From the NCBI GenBank assembly GCA_018819225.1, contig JAHJQN010000005.1, forward strand, positions 1 to 64,000: DNA of 64,000 nucleotides, read 5' to 3'. Source of the DNA: Candidatus Micrarchaeota archaeon. GTDB lineage: Archaea; Micrarchaeota; Micrarchaeia; Norongarragalinales; SBBD01. Under the pieces are notes generated by a model. It was given only the letters and a program-made list of their open reading frames with translations. It did not search any database and had not been told where the DNA came from. The translations under genes and the position numbers were made by a program. Below, piece after piece: positions 9,248 to 18,500 of this stretch. Position 1 is the first letter of the stretch; every line of letters begins with the position of its first letter.

Positions 9248-12004
9248 TTACGCGGCCGGAAGAACCAAGTGGAACACTTGGCTGGAAGTCACATTGACAA
9301 GAGAGCTGTTGAAGCCGTAGTCAGGAGACTTAATTCCCGATACATTGTGCGGCGTATAGCAAGTTAGATTGCTCTGATCCACACAGCCGTTCGTATAAGC
9401 GTAAGCGCCCGTTGCGATATACTCCGTAAGAGCAAACCAACCGGCAAGTCCGTTTGCGGTTGTGGTTGTTTGAATCATCGGTGTTGAAGACGTGGCATTC
9501 ATGATATTCACCGATGCAGAATCGATCGGGCTTTCGCTAGAGTTTGTAACGTTAACCATCAACCAATACCCTACCGTCAAGTTTTGGGTTCCGCCAGCCC
9601 ACGACACCGAACTCCTGTTGAAGGAAACATTCAAAAATGAAATGTCCCAGACGCCAGTATCTAACCGGACGTCCGCATAGTTATCATCACAATCAGATGA
9701 GCAGGCTATAATCGTATCATTCGCAAAGGTGTGGTTGGACGCGGTACTCAACTGGAGGCCGTATTTTTTTCCTGTCCAAGTATTATTAATCATGGAATTG
9801 TTTGTATAGATGGTATGGTTTCCAACCAAGTGCAATCCGGCGCCTCCAGCTTGCACTACCCTATTGTTTTCTATTACGCTATTCCCGGTTGTTTGTAACA
9901 CTACCGCAGATCGGGCGGTATTAGTTGTTACATTGAACGTGTTATTGATTATTCGCAATCCTATACTGTCGGTAGAAAACAGGCCTGGTGAAGATGCCTG
10001 TGTTGCTGCAATAGTAATTTGATTGTTTTCAATCAAGGAGTTTGTTGCGGTAAGCGCAATGCCGATATTCAGTATGTTTACTGGATTAAGTTGTTGAATC
10101 TTGCAGTTTTTTACTTCTATATTAGAAACACTAAATGCTGTTACGCCATAAAAAGAGCCGCCATCGAGGTTTGCGGTCGAAAAATGAATCGTATGGCCGT
10201 TACAGTCGAGTTTTAGATCGGATGCCGCAACTGTAAAGCAGGTACCGGTGGAAGAGACGTCGTTTTTAAGAGTATAATCGCCATAAAGCGTGCCGCACGA
10301 GGACATCCATTCGGAGGTGAAGTTGACGCCGCTCGGCTTCGGTTTGGAGTCATAGTACAATTGGTTGGTTGTGCTGGCGGAGGGCTTCCAGCTGATGCTT
10401 ACTTTGATCGTGGAATTGAAGCGGAACACGTGGCCTTCTATAGGAATGCCTGAGTAGGTAAACTTCTGAATCGTGGAGTTCCAAGTCTCTGCCGAAAAGG
10501 CTTTGGAAACTTGCCAGATGTCAGTGCCGTCCTGCTGCCGTTCCGTGACCGTGATGTTGACTTCCTGCGTGGTAGAGGCATCCGAAGAACCCCATATCGT
10601 AATGGAAGCGTCCGAGGTTGCATTCAAGCCTTCCGACAAGAGCGGGTATAAGTAGAACAAGGTCGGGTCCGACCACTGGCTCGCGGTTACGGACACGTCG
10701 AGCACATCGTCCACACTGTCTTGCGGGGGAACGGAGTCCATGAGATTGCGCGTGTTTTCATTCACGTTTGTGACGTTCTGCGGAGAAGCGTTATGGAGGT
10801 AGTAGGGAGGCACTTGAGTAGGCGCGTACGTCACGTTTAAGACCGGGCCCGTAGAGGTATAGGGTTCCAGGCCGCGGACACGAACTTCCGCGTAGTGCTT
10901 GGTCTGATTCGTCCAGTTCTCGACGTCGCTCTTCAGCCGGTAGTCCGTAAATCCGTCGAGATCCAGATTGGAAACCGCCACGGTCTTATTGTGGTAGCCA
11001 TTCGCGTTCCAGTCGGCGTCGAACAGCCAGCCTTCGGCGGTCGTGCAGGCCTCCCAGTCCGACGTATCCAGTGCGCCTTCCAGGCAGTCATGACCTGAAG
11101 TCACGTTGAGGTTTATTGCGTCGCCGTAGGTCTTGGAAACGTAGAACCAAAGCGCTGCATCCAACAATTCGGTTCCCGCCGGAATCTCCGACGTGTCGAA
11201 CGAGTAATAGACGCGGTAGTTGTTAAAATCAACATCATGAGGGCAGAATGCATTTTGTGTGAGCGCCTCTACGCCGAGCTTGGCCATCCCACTGAGGTTG
11301 TTCGACGTCATCGAAGTAACGGGAACGCAGTCTTCCCCCGTATAATCATACACCACGGTCTGCCGGATGTACCCGTCCCTAACGTTTCCTTGGAGCTTGA
11401 AAATCGGGTCTAAAAACAGGGCGTCTTGCTCTTGAACGCCCGAGACCACGAACCCCGTTGAATCCACGGAGGAAAGCGGAAACCCCGAAGCCGGCAAATC
11501 GGTCAAGTCGAGCATGGCGTCTTCCTTGAAGTACAGCACCTCGCCTTCCGAACGAATTTCGTGGGCTTCAATCCCCTGCATGGACATGATTTTCATGCCC
11601 GCCGCCTCCAAACGGTTCCGAAGCCCTGCAGGAATATTTGAAAGCGTTAACGCGAACTTCCAATTTTTCCCTTTCGTGAGGTCTATGCCTCCCTCAACTC
11701 CCGGCCAGGCTTCCTGAAGTTGGGCTAGCGACATTTGCTCGCCACCCACCACGAAAACGTACTCAAATCTGACGGAGTACGTGGGCGCACGGAACAAGAG
11801 TTCCCCGTTTGCATATACCAACCCATACACATCGGAAAAAGCCTGCCAGCTTCCTTCATGAAAAACATTAACCGGATAGGAATACAGGGTAAGCGCATGG
11901 GAGCTGCCAGCAAGCTCGGGTTCATCAGCAGTTGCAGAAATGGGTTCCGCGCCAACCCAAGCACTGACAACTAGCACCATAAAAATAGCGTAAAACAACC
12001 GCAT
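9248..12004 (-). CDS. Large secreted surface protein with DNRLRE-like and right-handed beta-helix (NosD-like) domains
   Basis: Start MRLFYAIF at 12004 after a GGGGGTGA RBS. FDTSEIP...LDAALWFY, L..D....GTCF.....LDCNGH and IENN repeats; paralogous to 55782-60341. Confidence 0.85.
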   Translation of the reverse strand: MRLFYAIFMVLVVSAWVGAEPISATADEPELAGSSHALTLYSYPVNVFHEGSWQAFSDVYGLVYANGELLFRAPTYSVRFEYVFVVGGEQMSLAQLQEAWPGVEGGIDLTKGKNWKFALTLSNIPAGLRNRLEAAGMKIMSMQGIEAHEIRSEGEVLYFKEDAMLDLTDLPASGFPLSSVDSTGFVVSGVQEQDALFLDPIFKLQGNVRDGYIRQTVVYDYTGEDCVPVTSMTSNNLSGMAKLGVEALTQNAFCPHDVDFNNYRVYYSFDTSEIPAGTELLDAALWFYVSKTYGDAINLNVTSGHDCLEGALDTSDWEACTTAEGWLFDADWNANGYHNKTVAVSNLDLDGFTDYRLKSDVENWTNQTKHYAEVRVRGLEPYTSTGPVLNVTYAPTQVPPYYLHNASPQNVTNVNENTRNLMDSVPPQDSVDDVLDVSVTASQWSDPTLFYLYPLLSEGLNATSDASITIWGSSDASTTQEVNITVTERQQDGTDIWQVSKAFSAETWNSTIQKFTYSGIPIEGHVFRFNSTIKVSISWKPSASTTNQLYYDSKPKPSGVNFTSEWMSSCGTLYGDYTLKNDVSSTGTCFTVAASDLKLDCNGHTIHFSTANLDGGSFYGVTAFSVSNIEVKNCKIQQLNPVNILNIGIALTATNSLIENNQITIAATQASSPGLFSTDSIGLRIINNTFNVTTNTARSAVVLQTTGNSVIENNRVVQAGGAGLHLVGNHTIYTNNSMINNTWTGKKYGLQLSTASNHTFANDTIIACSSDCDDNYADVRLDTGVWDISFLNVSFNRSSVSWAGGTQNLTVGYWLMVNVTNSSESPIDSASVNIMNATSSTPMIQTTTTANGLAGWFALTEYIATGAYAYTNGCVDQSNLTCYTPHNVSGIKSPDYGFNSSLVNVTSSQVFHLVLPAA

Positions 12005-12331
12005 ACCTTTCACCCCCTCAGGAAGATGAAAGAAAGCAGCACAGCCTCCTATAAAAAGTTTGTGATGGCGTGGCTCCGGAATCCCAAACCACACTATATC
12101 TACCGCATTAAATAAATCCTATTGCGTCCGAGCTCTTTCTTTTCTTTATCCATCCAAATCGAGTTATCGATTATAAGCTTTGGTCCGAAACGAATCTTCT
12201 TTCGTCTCCTGCCAAACGGAGCAGCGATTAAAAAGACTGGCCCGGTTATTGGATGCGGACATGCGGCGTTTGCTTTCGTGCCCGGCGAGTATGTTGGGTT
12301 TGCGAGGAGAGGAACGTAGACGGGGTCTGAG

Positions 12332-12475
12332 TGCCTAGGGCGAGATTTGAACACGCGACCTCCAGATTTCACGAAGAAATCATTTGTTTAGTCATTGCCC
12401 TATAACGCGGGCTCTTTACTCATGAAGATTCGATCTTTATGAGTCTGGCGCTCTAACCAACTGAGCTACCTAGGC
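12332..12475 (-). tRNA. tRNA-Met(CAT), probably elongator, with a 70-nt anticodon-loop intron (12368-12437)
   Basis: GCCTAGG/CCTAGGC acceptor stem, D arm GCTC/GAGC, anticodon stem CCAGA/TCTGG with CT-CAT-A, T loop TTCAAAT. G1-C72 argues against the initiator. Confidence 0.92.
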
Positions 12476-12560
12476 GTGAAAGAATTTGAGCAGCCCAATA
12501 AATAAAAAGGGAGTGCGTACTACAGGCTAGCATAAACGGAGTGAAGAGGTTTCAAGTAAT

Positions 12561-13583
12561 ATGACCGACCTATTCCTGCAGACTGCCGTACTGCTTGAAA
12601 CCAACTACGTGTTCATCCTTCCCGTTCTAGCGGTCATCGCGCTCACGTTCACCAACAAACGCGCCGTTTTTCTCATGGCGTTGCTTGCAACGGTGCTCCT
12701 CATCGGACCATTGAAGTTGCTCCATCAAGAGGACCGGCCGTGCGAATACATGCAATCCATCGTGTTATGCGATGGAACCTTCGGATTCCCCAGCGGGCAC
12801 GCGTCCACCGCGTTCGTACTCGCGCTCGGAACACTTGGAACGTACGCGTTCTTCTTTTTCATGCCCCTCGCGCTCTTCATCGCGTATACGCGCATGTACC
12901 TCGTCGTGCATACGTTGACGCAAGTCACGGCAGGCATAGGACTCGGAGCGCTGGTTTTCGCTATAGTAGATAGCTTGTGGCAAGCCCGCATGGGAAAAGA
13001 AGAAAAGAAACGCGTGTTGAAACGCAAGGAATGGAAGCGGCAAGCTTTTCACGCCGCGTTCGGTATCGCCGTCATCGCCCTCGTATTCGTTCTGGAATGG
13101 GAAACCGTTCTTTTGCTGTTGATTGCCGGCCTTTTCTTCGGGGGGATTACGTTGAACGCGTCCATGCTCAAGATTAATACGAGTATCATCGATCGTCTCG
13201 TGCACTTGTTTGAACGCAAAAGCGCGCCGTTTCCAGGGAAAGGAGCGTTTTATTACTTGACGGGCGTGTTGGTGCTGCTCACGTTCTCGCGCACCCTGGA
13301 ATTCGGTTTGGCGGGCATCGCGATTCTCGCGATCGCGGACGCGTTAAGCACGCTGATCGGAATTCATTTGGGTAAGCACGCGCTGGCGTGGAACCCGAGC
13401 AAGAGCCGGGAAGGCCTGATCGCGTTCTTTGTTTCCGGAACCGTGGTCGCGTTCCCGTTCATTGGAATAACAAGCCTATTATTCGCGATCGTCCTAGCAT
13501 TTGTGGAAACCATTGATTTTCATTTGGATGACAACCTATTGATTTCCGTGGCAGCAGTGGTTCTCAGTTTCCTGTTGGCGTGA
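12561..13583 (+). CDS. PAP2 phosphatase fused to a dolichol/phytol-kinase (CTP-dependent polyprenol kinase) domain
   Basis: N-terminal K....EDRP, FPSGHA and TRMYLVVH; C-terminal RQAFH, ADALSTLIG, KSREG and DDNL. Confidence 0.85.
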   Translation: MTDLFLQTAVLLETNYVFILPVLAVIALTFTNKRAVFLMALLATVLLIGPLKLLHQEDRPCEYMQSIVLCDGTFGFPSGHASTAFVLALGTLGTYAFFFFMPLALFIAYTRMYLVVHTLTQVTAGIGLGALVFAIVDSLWQARMGKEEKKRVLKRKEWKRQAFHAAFGIAVIALVFVLEWETVLLLLIAGLFFGGITLNASMLKINTSIIDRLVHLFERKSAPFPGKGAFYYLTGVLVLLTFSRTLEFGLAGIAILAIADALSTLIGIHLGKHALAWNPSKSREGLIAFFVSGTVVAFPFIGITSLLFAIVLAFVETIDFHLDDNLLISVAAVVLSFLLA

Positions 13584-13587
13584 TAAC

Positions 13588-14241
13588 ATGAAAGGAAAGC
13601 TCATTGTTTTGGAGGGAGTGGACGCGAGCGGCAAGCACACGCAAGCGCTGCTCTTGAAAAAAAACTTGGATAAGGAAGGCTATGGAACCGAAATCATTGC
13701 GTTTCCAACTTACGATACCTCCATGGGGAGTTTAGTCAAGAAATACTTGCACGGAGAATTCGGGGATTTGGAGTCGTTACCTCCGGAAATACCCGCCATG
13801 CTTTACGCGGCGGACCGCATGCAGCACAAGCAAGCGATTCAGAATCGATTATCGGCAGGTAAAATCTTGATCGCCGATCGTTACGTTCAAAGCAATCTGT
13901 ATCAAGCCGCTAAAATTCAAGGGGAACAATCACAAGGAGCATTTATTCAATGGCTGAAACAACTGGAGGCGAGTTTACCGGCTGCGGATCAAGTGATTTT
14001 CTTTAACGTTCCAACTTCTCACGCTAGGAAGCTCATGGAGCTCCGCGGAAGGAAACCAGATTTGCATGAGCAGGATGAAGCGTTCTTGGAACGCGTCCGC
14101 CAGTTGTACTTGAAGGAAGCCAAGCGACTGAATTGGATCGTCATTGATGGATTTCAGGGAAATGCGTTGAGAAGTAAAGAAGATATTGCGGAGGATGTCC
14201 TGCGAGTCGTCAAACCCGTTTTAACGAATAAGAAGACTTAA
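13588..14241 (+). CDS. tmk: Thymidylate kinase
   Basis: EGVDASGKHTQ P-loop; YAADR; ADRY. Confidence 0.95.
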   Translation: MKGKLIVLEGVDASGKHTQALLLKKNLDKEGYGTEIIAFPTYDTSMGSLVKKYLHGEFGDLESLPPEIPAMLYAADRMQHKQAIQNRLSAGKILIADRYVQSNLYQAAKIQGEQSQGAFIQWLKQLEASLPAADQVIFFNVPTSHARKLMELRGRKPDLHEQDEAFLERVRQLYLKEAKRLNWIVIDGFQGNALRSKEDIAEDVLRVVKPVLTNKKT

Positions 14242-15473
14242 TAGCGAATAACGAGTTTGTCCCCCACGTGCGTGATGTGGTCGAACACGAAATCGATTTT
14301 CTGGCCCGTAGAGGTTTGCACGAGAAACGTTTCCTGGCGCTTGTTAACTCCCACGATCTTTCCAATGAATCCGCCGACTTCCGTATACACTTGCTTGCCT
14401 TCCAAGTTCATTTTCGATATGAAGCCGTTCTTGAACTCGCGCGCAAGATAGATGACGAGGTACATGGCCACGATGGTGAAAAGCAGTGAAAGGAAGAACT
14501 CGGAAAAACTGAGCGTGCCGATCACCCAATCCGCTGCATTCGTGGCAATCATCCATAAAAGCACGACCGCCATCGCGGAAACGGCGAATCCCGGCAGGCG
14601 ATAGCGCTGGTTGTGCACGTACTCGCTCAAGTTTTCGACGAGCTGGCCTCCAATAATCAAGATAAGGGATATGGGGAATAACAACAAGAAGTCCTTCAAT
14701 ACGTACGCGCCAATGCGCGCGATATTCGTCACGCCTTCCTTTTGCAAGGTTCCAAAACGCGAAGCCGCCAGATAGATGGATACGAGCACCAAACTGGCGG
14801 CCGCAAAATAGAATATGAACGATGCGCGCTCCAGAGAAAACTCGGTTCGGGACGCGCCTCGAAATAACCGGTCCTCGAACCCGAACCCTTTGAAGATGAG
14901 GTACGCGCCAAGCAATCCCACGAAAATACGCAATCCCAACTCTTGGAAAAAGAACACTAGAATCAACAGCAATCCCGGAATGCCGAACACGATGCGCGCG
15001 AAATGCGGCTCCTTCAACTTCTCCAGCAAAACGAAATACGTTTTCTCGAGTTCCTTGGTTTGCTTGACGACGACGTTGCGCACGCTGTTGATGCGCACAC
15101 GCGATTGAATTAATGGAATGACTTGGTCGTCGCTCGCGCCATCGGATACGAATACGCACGCTTCCGGGCGCAAGCGCTCAATGACTTTCTCCAATTGTTT
15201 CACGACTTCCCGGTCCGCGTAATACCCGAGCCGCGAACTCCCCGTAATCGTTACTACTTCCGCCTGCAAACCCTGTTTCTGCAGATCGTCAGCGGTTTTA
15301 ACGGCCTCGAAAATAGTGTTTCCGTCGGTATCCGTGGGATCTGCGATCGCGAACTTGGTGGCCGCATCAATATTCGCTTTTTTTCCGATCACGGGTCCTT
15401 TCACGCGGGCCTTCTCACCGAGATCGTTGTCCCAGTCCACGTTCAAAACCATTAATCGCTTGGGTTCCGCCAT
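14238..15473 (-). CDS. DUF373-family membrane protein with C-terminal PRC-barrel
   Basis: VDWDNDLG, DPTDTDGN, SDGASDD and VVVKQ motifs; multiple TM segments; C-terminal LEGKQVYTEVGGFIGKI...VGDKLVI. Confidence 0.85.
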   Translation of the reverse strand: MAEPKRLMVLNVDWDNDLGEKARVKGPVIGKKANIDAATKFAIADPTDTDGNTIFEAVKTADDLQKQGLQAEVVTITGSSRLGYYADREVVKQLEKVIERLRPEACVFVSDGASDDQVIPLIQSRVRINSVRNVVVKQTKELEKTYFVLLEKLKEPHFARIVFGIPGLLLILVFFFQELGLRIFVGLLGAYLIFKGFGFEDRLFRGASRTEFSLERASFIFYFAAASLVLVSIYLAASRFGTLQKEGVTNIARIGAYVLKDFLLLFPISLILIIGGQLVENLSEYVHNQRYRLPGFAVSAMAVVLLWMIATNAADWVIGTLSFSEFFLSLLFTIVAMYLVIYLAREFKNGFISKMNLEGKQVYTEVGGFIGKIVGVNKRQETFLVQTSTGQKIDFVFDHITHVGDKLVIRY

Positions 15474-15547
15474 GACTATCTCCCGATCGTTCAAGCTTCA
15501 AAAGAAAAAAGCGCGACGAGGTATTTATATGCAAGGGTTTTCTGCAC

Positions 15548-18500
15548 TCATGAACCGGGCTTCAATTTGATGACTCCGCGAAAAGGCGTTCGCTGAACCG
15601 CTTGTCCTTGCTTGTTGATGTCGTACCAGAACCGGCCGAAGCCCACGGAATTGCCTTGCGCATCCCAACCGCGAACCGCGATATACAACTTCTTTCCATT
15701 CGCACCGAACTTGCTGGAAATTTGCGAATAATCGATGAAGAAGCGGCCGAACGGATCCTTTCCGGTTTCTACTTTGCGTCCGGGTTTCAGCTTGTTCGCG
15801 GAACTCGTCAGAACGTCACTCTGGGTTACCGATAGCTTCGATTGCTCGAAAGCAAATGCGTATACGTACGTGTTGACAACAGGACCCATTCCAGGTGTCG
15901 TCGATCTCAGTTGCCGGAATAGCTCATTCATCTTCGTCGTATCGAGATCAACCGTAATGCACATGCGATTGTCTTTAGGTACTTCCAGAACGCCATCGGG
16001 TTTCTTCACAGCGGGATCGTCGCTTTTCAATGCGCCATTCTCGCACTTTACTTTGAACTTGTCCTTCCCGCCCTCGATTATCTTTTCAGGATCCATGACC
16101 CAAATGTTCTTGATCACTCCCGTTATGGCGGGCGCTGATTGCGGGAAGTCATGGAACGTAGGCGTTGACTGGGGGGGCTCCTGCTGCGAAGGAGGTTCTT
16201 CTGGTGCGGGGGGAGTAGATGGCACCGGAGGACTTTCAGGGGGCGCAAGCAAAGCCTCTGGAGGACCGCCAGGCGCTTCCGGAGTCTCCACTTTCTGGTC
16301 TCCTGGAGGCGTTTTTTCGCCGAAGATGTTTTTCACGCTCGCATTGGTCTCATCCATGATGTACTTGAAAAGCATCTTGAGGTCCGCAAGGCTTTGCGTA
16401 GAATAATCGGTTCCGCCTATCACTTTTCCGGCAGCAATGGCATACATGGTTTTCCTATCGCGATCAATGCGGATCGTAGTCGACAAGGAGTAGTCGAATT
16501 CTCCATCCGTGCAGACGTCTTCGCGGCACAACTCGTCGACTTTCGTCAGGTCGTCCCATTTGCTGACAACGTCTGCAGGACACGATTTATCCCGCGTGGA
16601 AGTCTTTGCAACCACTCCTCCGTCTCCCTTGTCTTCAAAGTCCATGTAGCAGCTGACGAGTTTGACTGCGCGTCCATCGTTTTCCGAGGCAGGGATGTGC
16701 GGAATATCGCTGGTGAGCAAGCCCAGTTCATCCTTTTCCTTATTGATTGGATACTTGTTGACGGTAGCCAGACTTAATCCGTCCGTGAAGCGAATCGAGA
16801 TGTCGTCGTTTTCATTATAGAGGAACGGATACCACGGAGCTTCGCGGCTGCCTTCCTTTCGGATGGCGCGCATGCCGTCATCCGTCACCGTGTTGGATGA
16901 ATCGGGTATGTATGTGACATCTTCGTGGCTCCACGGATTAGTGATTTCCTCTTCCGTTTCATCTCGGTTCGATGATTGCACCCATTGCTCTAAACTCATG
17001 AAGCCCGCTTTGTCTTGAGAGCTTCCCGGTGAAATCAATGGGTAATCCATGAGCACGAATCCCTGCGAATCCGTTCCGTCTGCCGCTCGCTTATACAGCA
17101 CGGATATCTTGTAATCGCGTAAATCAACAATGGGCTTCGTGTTCATGCGCGTCGGACCCATTCCAACAATCGAGGAAAGTTTCTGGAAGATGAGTTGGTG
17201 CAGCAGGCCGTAGTTGCGCGTCTGCAGCAATCCATCCAATTGGTTATAGATTTGCGTGTCGCACAAACCGGCCTCGAATTCATTTGCGAAGACACTCCAA
17301 ATCTCGTTTCCATCTATTGAATCATCGCAGTGCTCGCCCTCGTAACACCAATCATTTTCATACGGATTAGAACCCCTGGAATTGCAGACGTCCAGGATAG
17401 CGCGTGTTCCGCCGCAGCTCCTGAATTGCGCTTGATCCGTCACGTAATCCGCGAGCGTCGCAACCAAAGCGCGCGCAATGGCTTCAGCAGTCGCGTCGCC
17501 GAACGTATTGAAATCGATTTCCTGCACTTTCATGCTGTCAAGAATGTCGCTGCGCACGCGCGAGTTCACGGAACTGAAGTCTTCAACTGAACAGAAGTTG
17601 TTCTCCCAGCACGTGGTTCCCGATCCTTTCGGCGCGTTTCCAATGACATCAAAACTGGCACGCGGATCCGGCAAATTGTTCGGGGGAACGCGTATGGTTC
17701 CTTGCGCAATGTCTCCGGTCTTGCCCATCTTGCTTTCGAATTGGTACGGAACATTTGAACCTGCGATTCCCGGCAAATACAGTACTTTATTCTTTCCGGA
17801 ATCGGGTTTGAGGTTCTTGGCTTCCTGGCTATCAATCCGCACGATGGATTTGGGAATGTTGTTGACCACGAATACGGGTTCCTTCGCTCCCGGATCTTCA
17901 TCGAACAATCGCACGAACACTTCGCTGGAAGCTGGCACGACTTGCAAGGCGTACTTCGCAGCGGAAACATCGTTGTCGATCTCGAAGTCTAGGTTCATGG
18001 TAAAGGGCGAAACCGTTAATCCCACCATGGCCATCTGCAGTTCTTGGTGAAGGCGTTCGCCGTCTCCCTTGAACTTGAGTTTAAGCTCGTTGCCTTCCAC
18101 GTAATAATCCACGCACTCGGGTTTCAAGAGCAGTATGAACGTGGAGTAGCGAGGCGCAATGCCAATGAACTCGCTGAGCTCTTGCACTAACCCGACGAGA
18201 ACTCCTGACGCGCCGCTGCGGTCGACATAAACTCCGCGCAAGCATTCCGTCTTGCTGCCTCCGGATACCTGCAGCTGGGAAGGCGAGCCCGTCATCAACG
18301 CGAAATCATTAATGATGGTAAACGCTACGCCGTTTACAGGCAGCAAGGGATTGATGGGGATCTTGCAGTTGTACGTGCTTCCCGAAGGCGTGCATAGACC
18401 GGGATCAGGCGCGAATTGTCCGAAGGAATTGCCTGCAGGATTTTGGTTGAAGTATTGCTGTGCGGGCTGTCCGAACGGATTGTATTGTTGGTTCCAGGGA

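Larger units (their letters stand above)
2846..12354. mobile_element. Genomic island at the 3' end of tRNA-Met; composite or decayed, no integrase seen
   Basis: Bounded by the tRNA 3' end and its degenerate direct repeats. Cargo includes arsenite resistance, a type IV TA pair and an IS remnant; base composition is heterogeneous. Confidence 0.7.

Noticed and set aside
12368-12437. Box C/D guide RNA in the tRNA-Met intron
   Set aside because: Only partial ATGA motifs; no RTGATGA and no CTGA box.
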